Positions 50,009-58,576 of a stretch of DNA of 64,000 bases are shown one piece after another. The notes beneath the pieces were generated by a model. That model was not told the origin of the DNA and searched no databases. It worked only from the letters and a program-made list of their open reading frames with translations. Each line of letters starts with the position of its first letter. The stretch's first letter is position 1. This stretch comes from an uncultured Actinomycetota bacterium (GTDB lineage Bacteria > Actinomycetota > Thermoleophilia > RBG-16-64-13): contig CAVTPV010000002.1 in NCBI GenBank assembly GCA_963736705.1, positions 14,663 through 78,662 of the forward strand, written 5' to 3'. Position numbers and translations under genes: made by a program.

Positions 50009-50895
50009 GTCACGACGCGAAGCACAGCCACGACGCGCCGGGCAGCCACGCGGCCCGGCACAGCCACGATCTCCGCCGCCTGCTGGAGGCGCTGGTGGAT
50101 GGGGACCTCGGCCTGGACGACGCCGTGCAGAGACTGCGGCTGCTCCAGGTGACCCAATTGGGCGAGTTCGCCCGGCTGGACACCAACCGGGACCTGCGCA
50201 AAGGCGTGCCCGAGGTGGTCTACGCACCGCGCAAGCGAGACAGGGAGCTCGAGATGATCGTGCGGCGGTTCCTGGCCGACCGGGGGCTGGCGCTTGTCAG
50301 CAGGCTGACGCCGGAACGGGCCGAGACGCTGCGCGTGGCCCTCACAGTAGAGTCAGACGCCGCGCCGGGCCCGGGCGCCGAGGCCGCGCCTGCCGCCGGC
50401 CCTGTCGAGGGGCTCACCTTCACCTACCAGACCGACGCCGAAGTGCTCGCCGCCTACACGCCGAAATACCGTCCGCCGGAACCGGGGGGCTGCGTGGGGC
50501 TGCTCACCGCGGGGACGTCCGACATCCCGGTGGCCGAGGAGGCCGCGCTCATCATCACGCACATGGGGTGTCGCGTGGAGCGGGGTTACGACACCGGCGT
50601 GGCCGGCATGCACCGGCTCTTGGAGCCGCTCACCCGGATGATCGAGAGCGGGGCCGACGTGCTGGTGGTGGCCGCGGGCATGGAGGGCGCGCTGCCGTCG
50701 GTGGTGGCGGGACTGGTGGATGTACCTGTGATCGGCGTGCCCACCTCGACCGGCTACGGGCTCGGCGGGGACGGGACGGCCGCTCTCTACTCGATACTGC
50801 AGAGCTGCAGTCCCGGCCTGGTGGCGGTCAACATCGACAACGGGGTGGGTGCGGGGGCCGCGGCCGCGCTCATAGCGCGGCGCCGCAGAGAGTAA
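50005..50895 (+). CDS. larB: Nickel-pincer cofactor biosynthesis protein LarB (PurE/AIR-carboxylase-like) with a His-rich N-terminal tag
   Basis: The ORF is intact and its ATG overlaps the upstream stop (ATGA). The text RLDTNRDLRKGVPEVVYAPRK..., GLLTAGTSDIPVAEEAALI...MHRLL...ADVLVVAAGMEGALPSVVAGLVDVPVIGVPTSTGYG...AALYSILQSCSPGLVAVNIDNG looks like LarB. The N-terminus is MSHDAKHSHDAPGSHAARHSHD. Confidence 0.75.
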   Translation: MSHDAKHSHDAPGSHAARHSHDLRRLLEALVDGDLGLDDAVQRLRLLQVTQLGEFARLDTNRDLRKGVPEVVYAPRKRDRELEMIVRRFLADRGLALVSRLTPERAETLRVALTVESDAAPGPGAEAAPAAGPVEGLTFTYQTDAEVLAAYTPKYRPPEPGGCVGLLTAGTSDIPVAEEAALIITHMGCRVERGYDTGVAGMHRLLEPLTRMIESGADVLVVAAGMEGALPSVVAGLVDVPVIGVPTSTGYGLGGDGTAALYSILQSCSPGLVAVNIDNGVGAGAAAALIARRRRE

Positions 50896-50934
50896 GCCCC
50901 GGCCCACCCGGCCGGCGGCCGAGCCGCTCGGGCT

Positions 50935-52098
50935 CTAACCCGCTGCCGCGCCGGCGAAGGGCGCCGGCGGCCCGGCCCGCAGGCCGAAGCGGCACTCCAA
51001 GTGGTCGGCGATGCGCTCCGCTGCTCTGCCGTCCCCGTACGGGTTGACGGCGTGCGCCATGCGCTCGTAAGCGGCTCGATCGGTGAGGAGGGCCAGCAGC
51101 TCCCGGGCGATGGCGTCGGTGTCGGTGCCCACCAGAAGGGCCGTTCCCGCCGCGATCCCCTCAGGGCGCTCCGTGGTGTCACGCATCACCAGCACAGGCT
51201 TGCCCAGCGCCGGGGCCTCTTCCTGCAATCCGCCCGAGTCGGTGATGACCACGTCCACGGCCTTCATCAGTTGGACGAACGGCCGATAGGGCAGGGGCTC
51301 GCAGAACACCACTTGGGCCACGGGGCCGAGGATCTCCTTGAAGGTCTTCCGCACCACCGGGTTGAGGTGGATCGGGAAGATGAAGGTCACCTCAGGCAAC
51401 GCCGCGCTGACCAGCTCGATGGCCCGGGCCACCCGTTCCATGGGTACGCCCCAGCTTTCGCGCCGGTGGACGGTCACCAGCACCTTGGGGCCGGGACGGC
51501 CGAGGGCCTCGGCCAGACGGGGCTCGAGTTCCGCGGCCGGCATGGCGGCGGTGGCAAGCAGGGCGTCGATGACTGTGTTACCGGTCACCAGCAGGCTGCC
51601 GGCCGGCACGCCTTCGGCTCGGAGCGTGGCCGCGGCTGCCTCGGTGGGCGGATAGAAGACCGTCGTCAGCCGGTCCGCGAGGCGGCGGTTCATCTCCTCC
51701 GGGTATGGGCTGTAGATGTCGTCGGTGCGCAGGCCGGCCTCCACGTGCCCCACAGGGATCATTCGGTAGTAGGCGGCGAGAGCGGCGGCGAAGGTCGTGG
51801 TCGTGTCACCGTGCACCAGCACGATGTCCGGCTTGACGCTCTCCAGAAGCGGGTCCATCCCCTTGAGCACCGCCGAGGTGATGTGGCCGAGGGACTGTTT
51901 CTCCTGCATGATGCGAAGATCGTGGTCCACGGGAAGGGCAAAGGCTTCGACGACCTGATCCAGCATCTCGCGATGCTGACCGGTGAGGCATACGAACACG
52001 TCGAAGCGCCCGCGGCGCGTGAGTTCGAGCACTACGGGAGCCATCTTGATGGCCTCCGGCCTGGTGCCGAAGGTGACGAACACAGAGGGATGGGACAC
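50935..52098 (-). CDS. wecB: UDP-N-acetylglucosamine 2-epimerase (non-hydrolysing; WecB/MnaA)
   Basis: The ORF is intact. VTFGTRPEAIKMAPV...LTGQHREMLDQV...DIVLVHGDTTTTFAAALAAYY..IPVGHVEAGLRT...PYPEEMNRRL...TDSGGLQEEAPALGKPVLVMRDTTERPE matches the family. Confidence 0.9.
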   Translation of the reverse strand: MSHPSVFVTFGTRPEAIKMAPVVLELTRRGRFDVFVCLTGQHREMLDQVVEAFALPVDHDLRIMQEKQSLGHITSAVLKGMDPLLESVKPDIVLVHGDTTTTFAAALAAYYRMIPVGHVEAGLRTDDIYSPYPEEMNRRLADRLTTVFYPPTEAAAATLRAEGVPAGSLLVTGNTVIDALLATAAMPAAELEPRLAEALGRPGPKVLVTVHRRESWGVPMERVARAIELVSAALPEVTFIFPIHLNPVVRKTFKEILGPVAQVVFCEPLPYRPFVQLMKAVDVVITDSGGLQEEAPALGKPVLVMRDTTERPEGIAAGTALLVGTDTDAIARELLALLTDRAAYERMAHAVNPYGDGRAAERIADHLECRFGLRAGPPAPFAGAAAG

Positions 52099-52234
52099 GC
52101 TGACAGGCGCTCCTTGGGTGGCTGATCTGCGGTCCCGACTCTATCCGAGGGGTACCGGAAACGCAAACCCCCGGTTATTCGGATAGAATTCCGGGAGATC
52201 AGCCGTTTGACGGATATCGCTAAAGGATGGCGTT

Positions 52235-52730
52235 TTGACTCGTATTCTCGATGACCGGGGCCGGATCTTCGGCAAGGTCAATATCGTCGACATCATCGTT
52301 CTGGTGGTCATCGTGGCCATCGTCGTGTTCGCCGCCGTGCGTTTCAGCGGGGGCGAAGCCGTCGCCAGCGTGCCCGTCAAGGTCAGCTTCGTGCAGACCA
52401 AAGTCGACAACGCCCGGCTCGCGGGGCTGCCGGCCGAAGGCACGATAAAGGACAACGCCGGCAACGTCATCGGTGATCTGGTGAGCGTCCAGGTCGACCC
52501 CTTCGCTCGAGGACCTTCTCACTGCGGATGGCCAGTACAAGGCCTTCCCGTCCAGCATCAAGAGCGACGTGACCTTCGTGGTGTCGGGCGAAGGGACCGT
52601 GTCCGACTCGACTGTGCACATCGGCAAGCTGGCAGCCCGCGTGGGCGCCGACGTGCGGATCGTGGGCCCGGGCTACGAGGCGCAGACCACTATCGTCGAC
52701 GTAGTCTGGGGTCCAGAGGCTAGCAAGTAG
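52235..52730 (+). CDS. DUF4330-like small membrane-anchored protein; one frame break near 52505
   Basis: A TTG start gives RIFGKVNIVDIIVLVVIVAIVVFAAV (N-terminal anchor). The hand-read continuation is ...LLEDLLTADGQYKAFPSSIKSDVTFVVSGEGTVSDSTVHIGKLAARVGADVRIVGPGYEAQTTIVDVVW...stop at 52728-52730. Confidence 0.55.
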
Positions 52731-52734
52731 CGGC

Positions 52735-54640
52735 ATGAAAGCCGTTGAGAGTTCGCTGTCGTATCGGGGTGTCGGAGCGGCCTACCGCTGGGCGGGCCGC
52801 TGTGCGGCCGCTTCACTGACCGGCAGAGGCGTGGCTGTGCTCGGCCGGGGCCTGCGGCCCGCGCTGACCGGCAGCCGGTCCTTCGGTACCACTTGGATCC
52901 GCTCCGCCCCGCTCGAGACTCCCTCCGTCTCTCCGGCCGCGGCGGCCGTCATCCGGCCGGCATTCGCGGTACGGTCGGCGATCGCCGGGGGCGCGGCGGG
53001 GCGAGGGCTGCACGGGCTGTCGACGGCCGCGTCACTGTCCGCGTTCGCCGAAGGCGCCTGGGCGCGGGTGCTGGGCGCCGCCGTCCTGGGCCTTGGCGGC
53101 GGGATGGTCTCCGGCCGCACCGCGGTGGGCGCGGTGCTCCTGGCCATCGGACTCGTCCTGGTCGCGGCCGGGCCTTGGTTGCTGACCGCCATCGCGGCGA
53201 GCGGGATAGCCCGGCTGGTCGGCGGGGGCGCGGCAACGGCGGGCGGTGTGGGCGGTGCGGCCGGGCCGCGCTTCGACCGCCTCTCCGGCATACGCGGTGC
53301 CACATGGGCAGCCATGGTCTTGGCCCTGGCAGCCGGGGTTCTCGCAGGGGCCGGGTCCAACACCCGCACCGTGGTCGCTCTCGCCGCTGTCATCGCGTTG
53401 GCCGTGGCGGTCCTGTGGAGGCCGCAACTGATATTGCTGGGCGTGGCCGCGTTCCCCTGGGTCGACTGGGTGGCTCGGAACGCCCTGGGCGGGATCGGCC
53501 CGCTCTGGGATGAAGGCGCGCTCATCATCGGTGTCGCGCTCATCCTGTGGGCGGTGCTGGTGCTCGGGCGGGACGTTCCCCGGTCCGTTCCGGTGGCTCT
53601 GCCCGTGCTGTTCATGCTCGTGGCCGCTCTCGCCTCCATCGTGGTCAACCACGTGCCGAATGGTCCGGCGCTCTACGGTCTGCGGGTCTTGTTCCAGCCG
53701 ATCCTTTTCTATTTCGTGGGCTTCTTCGATCCCCAAAGACCGACGCTGGGTCCGCTGGGCCGCGGGCGTGTTCATCGCGGCCACCACTCTGCTCGCGCTG
53801 CACGGGCTCTATCAGTATGCGACGAACGCCCCCATGCCGGCCGCGTGGGTGGACTCCAGCGAGACCGGCATCGGCACCCGCGCCTTCTCCATCGTGGGGA
53901 ACCCGAACCTGCTGGGCGGGATGCTCATCATGGGATCTCTGGTCTCTCTGAGCCTAGCCCTGTCGCGCGCCACCTCCGGGGTCCGGCGACTCGTGCTCGT
54001 TGGCGTGTGTCTCGTGCAGTTGGGCGGGTTGGCCGTCACCTTCAGTCGGGGTGCGTGGATCGGGTTCGCCTTCGGACTGGTGGCCTTGGTGGTTCTCGCG
54101 TACCGGCGGTATCTCCTGGGATTGGCGGGCGCGGCGGTCGTGGTGTGGTTCGCGGCTCCGAAGGTGTTCATCGAGCGGCTCCTGTTCAGCTTCAGCAGCG
54201 CCTACGCCGCCAAGAGTATGACCGGGCTTGGGCGCCTCTGGCGCTGGGAGAGCGCGCTGCAGCACGTCGCCGATAAGCCTTTGCTGGGTCTCGGGCTGGG
54301 CACCTTCGGGGGAACGACCGCGGCCCTGTTCGGCTACTGGGGCATCTGGGTGGACAATTACTATCTGCAGATGGCGGCCGAGGGGGGCCTGCTCCTGCTG
54401 GCGTTCTTCCTCTGGCTGATGTGGAGGAACTTGAAAGGCTTGGTGCGCAGCCACGCCATCGCCGCCGACCCGTATCTCAAGGCGTTGGCCGCGGGGGTGT
54501 TCGGAGCGGTGATCGCCATCATAGTGGCCGACTTCTTCGAGGCCGATTGGGAGGGCGTGTCGGTCGCTGTTGGATTCTGGTTCATGTGCGGGCTGGCGAC
54601 GTCGGCCGTGCTGGTGGAGCCGCGGGCGGTGGACAAATGA
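52735..54640 (+). CDS. O-antigen ligase / Wzy-like polytopic membrane protein; one frame break near 53735
   Basis: It has many TM helices. The Wzy_C-like core is GNPNLLGGMLIMG...LGGLAVTFSRGAWIGFAFGLVALVVL...GLGLGTFGG...VDNYYLQMAAEGGLLLL. The N-terminal part is in the 52735 frame and the rest in the 53510..54640 frame. Confidence 0.7.
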
Positions 54641-56755
54641 GTCTGGTGCGGGTACTCCACGTCATCGGCGGGGACGACACCGGCGGGGCCATGAGCTACC
54701 TGCTGCCTCTGCTCGGCGCGCTGCGCGAGCAGGGTTGCGAAGCGGAGCTTCTCTGCCTGGGCGGCGGAGGCTTGGCGCAGGCCGCCGCGGCTCGGGGTCT
54801 GCCGTACACCGTGATCCCCATGAGCCACGCCTGGGACGCCCGGGCGCTGGCTCCGCTGCGCCGCCACCTCTCCGCGGGGCCGGCCTGGCAAGTCGTCCAC
54901 ACGCACGGCATGAGGGCCAACCTGCCGGTGCGCATGGTGCTGCCGAGTCTACGGCCGCGGCCGCTCCTCTTCACCACCGTCCACTCCGACCTGGCCCTCG
55001 ATTACTCGAACGAGCTCAAGTCCAAGGCCTACGGCCTGCTGGACCGCGGCACCCGCGCCGGGGTGGACGTGTTCTGTTGCGTCTCGTCGGACCTAGCGCG
55101 CAAGCTGGTGGCGAGGGGAGTGCCGGAGAGGCGGGTGCACGTGGTGCATCCGGGCATTGAATTGGAGAGTGCGCGCTTTGGCGCCGGAGCCGGGGAGCCG
55201 CAGGCGGCGCCCACGACGGTCGGGGTCTCGGCGCTGCTTGGACCAGCCGGCACGACGTCCGTGGCGTCCGCCGGCCCTGGGCCCGCCGCCGCGCGAAGCC
55301 GCGGCGCGACCATCGGTACGGTGGCCCGCCTGGTGCCGGTGAAAGACCTGGGGCTCCTGCTCGACGCAGTGGCTCTGGTGGCGAGGACCATCCCTGAGGC
55401 GCGCCTCATCATCGTCGGGGACGGGCCGGAGCGCGCGGCGCTGCAGCGCCGCGCCGCCGAGCCGGACCTCGCCGGCCGGGTGGAGTTCCTCGGCGCGGTG
55501 ACCCCCGCGTGGCCGCTGCTCTCCAAGATTCGATATCTACGCGACCAGTTCGGAGTCGGAGGGCATACCCATCTCGGTGCTGGAGGCGATGGCGGCCGGT
55601 CTGCCCGTTGTGGCGACGGCCGTCGGCGGGTTGCCGGAGACCGTGCGCGACGGCGTCACCGGATTCCTGGTCAAGCGGAAGCCGGACCGGAAGGCCACAG
55701 CCGCCGCCTTGGCCGGCCGGCTTACCGAGCTCCTCACTTACGCCGGCATGCGGGTGCGGATGGGGGCCGCGGGCCGGGCCCGGGTGGTGGAGCATTTCTC
55801 GTCGGGCGCGGCGGGGATGACCATGCTGGGTATCTACGAGAAGACGTTGGTGGCGCAGGCCGCTTCGCCCGACCCCTGGGGGCCGGGGGAGCAGCCTGGG
55901 GGGCCGGCCGCGCAGCGCGCCGGCTCGCCGTGGCCGGCGATCCGGGTCCTCGGCCGCCGGCTCGATCTCCTCGATCTGGAGACTGCAGCGCAGTGGGTGG
56001 TGCAGGCGGCGCAACGCCGGGGAGAGGCGGCCGCCGCGGAAACGGGCGGCAGCCCCGAGCGCGCCGGCCTGTCCGGCGGCGCCGGGCCGCTGGCGCAGGG
56101 CCGCACGGCCATCGCGGTGTCGTTCAACCCAGAACTTGTCATGCGCGCCCGCGACGACCGGGTGGCCGCCGGGATCCTGCGGGACGCCGATCTCTGCTAC
56201 GCCGACGGCGTCGGGGCGGTCTGGGCGGCGCGCAGGGAATTGGGGCCGGACGCCGGCTCCGAGTCAGCCGTCTCCCGGGTGGCCGGTATCGACTTGGCGC
56301 AGCGGGTGCTCGAACTCGCCGCCGCGGCAGGGTTGAGCGTGTACTTCCTGGGCGCCAAGCCGGGCGTCGCCGAAGAAGCGGCAAAGCGGCAGGCGGCGCA
56401 GATTCCCGGCCTTCGCGTCGCAGGATGGCGCGACGGGTACTTCAGCGACACCGACGAGGCCTCAGTGGTCGCGGAGGTGCGCGGCTCGGAGGCCGATATC
56501 CTATTCGTCGCCATGGGGGCTCCACGGCAGGAGACACTCCTTTTCACCCACCGCGACGAATGGGGGGCCGGTGTGGCCCTGGGCATCGGGGGCAGCTTCG
56601 ACGTGTGGGCGGGCAACACCACCCGTGCTCCCGAATGGACGCGCAAGGCGGGCGTGGAGTGGCTGTACCGGCTGGCCCGCGAACCGAAGCGGCTGAAGCG
56701 GCAGATGGTGTTGCCGCGCTATGCCTACCGGGTGATGAGGGGAGGGGGCGCGTGA
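54637..56755 (+). CDS. GT4 glycosyltransferase continuous with a WecG/TagA/CpsF (GT26) glycosyltransferase domain; one frame break near 55528
   Basis: The ATG overlaps the previous stop (ATGA). The GT4 text is VLHVIGGDDTGGAMSY...VHSD...RLVPVKDLGLLL...(F)DIYATSSESEGIPISVLEAMAAGLPVVATAVGGLPE. With no intervening stop, the GT26 text follows: IRVLGRRLDLLDLE...VSFNPELVM...ADGVGAVWAA...VYFLGAKPGVAEEAA...ILFVAMGAPRQE...GIGGSFDVWAG...RAPEW...GVEWLYRLAREPKRLKR. Confidence 0.7.
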
Positions 56756-58476
56756 AAGAGCCAGGGCCTGGCCTTCCTATCGAGATCACCGACGGCGCGA
56801 CGGACGACGCCGCGGCGGCCGACGCCACAGACGCGGCAACCACCACTGCGATGGAGGCCATCGCCCAGACCGCCGCAGGGGCCACGCCCGAGCCCGCCGC
56901 GGCCGGGGCTCCCGCCGCCGGCGGATCGGTCCGGGCCGTGGTGGGCAGGGCCGCCATGGTCATCCTGGCGGCGACACTCGTGGGGCGGCTTCTCGGCCTG
57001 GTGCGCGACGTCGTGATGGCCGACCTCTTCGGCCGCCAAGCGGAGACCGACGCGTTCTTCCTGGCCTACCGGCTGCCCTACCTTCTCGCCCTGGTTGTCA
57101 GCGCCGGTCTGGTGGCCGCCTTCGTCCCCATGTTCAGCCACCGCATCGCTACCGGACGCAAGCAGGACGCGCTCAGGCTCTTCGCCAACATGGGCAAGGT
57201 CTCCGCTCTGGCGCTGGTGGGTCTGACCGCCATCCTGGTGGTCATCGCTCCTTGGGTCGTCCCTCTCATCGGCTTTGGATTCAGCGACGAGACCAAGGAT
57301 CTCGCTGTCTTTCTCTTTCGCATCGTCATGACCGGCTTCGTGTTCGCCGGGCTCAACGGACTCGTCACCGGTATGCTCAACTCCCTCCGCCGCTTCGCTC
57401 TGGCCGCGTTCTCCTCGGTCGTCGGGGCCGCCGTCGCCTTGGTGGTCATGGTCGCCCTCGCCCCGTCTATCGGGATCACGTCGCTGGCCGTCAGCATGGC
57501 GGTCAGCTATCTTGTGGGCTTCACGGTGGTCATGTTCGGTATCCGCGATCAGGAGGTGCCCTACCGGGCGCGCATCCAGTGGCGGGACCCGGCGCTCCGC
57601 GAGGCCGCGGGCATGGTGTGGCCGGTCTTCATCGGCTCGGCGGTGGGGGCGGTGGCCATCTTCTCCAACCAGATCATGGGCTCGATGCTGGAGGTGGGGT
57701 CGGTTTCCAGCCTCAGCTACGCTGACAAGTTGTTCCAGCTTCCCCTGGGCCTGTTCGTCGCCGGGATAACCGTCCCGCTCTTCCCGCTCCTTTCCGAGCA
57801 GGTGGCCGCCAAGGCCCCGGAACGGGTCAAAGCCACCCTGTCGTTCGCCCTCCGGCTCATGGCCTTTCTGCTGTTCCCCATCATGGTGGGCTTCATCCTG
57901 CTGCGCCATCCCATCACCGGGCTGATCTTCCAGCACGGCGAGTTCACCGCGGCCGACACCGATCCCACGGCGGGGGTCCTTCTCTTCCTCCTGCTCGGCC
58001 TCTACTGCTACGCGGGGCGGGACACGCTGACACGGGTCTTCTACGCCTACCACGACATGCGCACCCCCGTGAAGATCAGCGTGATCACCGTGGTGGTCAA
58101 CATCGGCCTGTCGTACGTCTTCATGCGGCTTCTCGGTGTGGGCGGGCTCGCGCTGGGGACCACGGTGTCGTTGACGATGAACTTCTTCGTGCTCCTGTAC
58201 CTGCTCCGGCGCAAGATCGGGCCGATGGGACTGAACAAGATGACCGGCTCCCTGGGCAGAGTCGCGGGGGCGTCGGCCGTGATGGGCGTGGTGGTGTGGC
58301 TCGTTGACTGGGGCATCTCGGGGTTGGTCTCTAAGACGACGAGCGGCTTCGCGGTGCGGGTGGCGGCCGGCCTCGCCGTGGGTGCCGCCGTCTACTATCT
58401 GGCCGCGACGCTTCTCAGATCGTCCGAACTTGCCGAAGTAAAAGACATGCTGCGCGCGGTGCTTCGCCGTTCCTGA
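56752..58476 (+). CDS. murJ: Lipid II / glycolipid flippase MurJ (MviN family)
   Basis: The GTG overlaps the previous stop (GTGA). An Ala/Asp/Thr-rich leader precedes VILAATLVGRLLGLVRDVVMADLFGRQAETDAFFLAYRLPYLL...SLSYADKLFQLPLGLFVAGITVPLFPLLS...FYAYHDMRTPVKISV. The frame is intact, within the 54421..58476 track ORF. Confidence 0.88.
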   Translation: MKEPGPGLPIEITDGATDDAAAADATDAATTTAMEAIAQTAAGATPEPAAAGAPAAGGSVRAVVGRAAMVILAATLVGRLLGLVRDVVMADLFGRQAETDAFFLAYRLPYLLALVVSAGLVAAFVPMFSHRIATGRKQDALRLFANMGKVSALALVGLTAILVVIAPWVVPLIGFGFSDETKDLAVFLFRIVMTGFVFAGLNGLVTGMLNSLRRFALAAFSSVVGAAVALVVMVALAPSIGITSLAVSMAVSYLVGFTVVMFGIRDQEVPYRARIQWRDPALREAAGMVWPVFIGSAVGAVAIFSNQIMGSMLEVGSVSSLSYADKLFQLPLGLFVAGITVPLFPLLSEQVAAKAPERVKATLSFALRLMAFLLFPIMVGFILLRHPITGLIFQHGEFTAADTDPTAGVLLFLLLGLYCYAGRDTLTRVFYAYHDMRTPVKISVITVVVNIGLSYVFMRLLGVGGLALGTTVSLTMNFFVLLYLLRRKIGPMGLNKMTGSLGRVAGASAVMGVVVWLVDWGISGLVSKTTSGFAVRVAAGLAVGAAVYYLAATLLRSSELAEVKDMLRAVLRRS

Positions 58477-58576
58477 GGGAAGGCATTGCAGGCCCGCGGG
58501 CGAACTTAGGTAGGGGTAGCCGCGGCGCCCGGCCTGGGTGTATAGTGGCGCCCACTGAACGACGGAGGAGACTTCC

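Noticed and set aside
49833-51047. 404-aa Arg/Gly/Pro/Ala-rich ORF overlapping larB and the end of the amidohydrolase gene
   Set aside because: It is an alternative frame of two well-supported genes. The composition is typical of off-frame GC-rich translation and there is no motif.
54421-58476. 1351-aa giant ORF that could be read as one polyprotein
   Set aside because: It concatenates the tail of the O-antigen-ligase-like gene, the GT4 N-terminus, an out-of-frame Arg/Gly-rich read-through of the GT26 region and murJ. The real genes are delimited by ATGA/GTGA overlaps at 54637 and 56752 and by a frame change near 55528.
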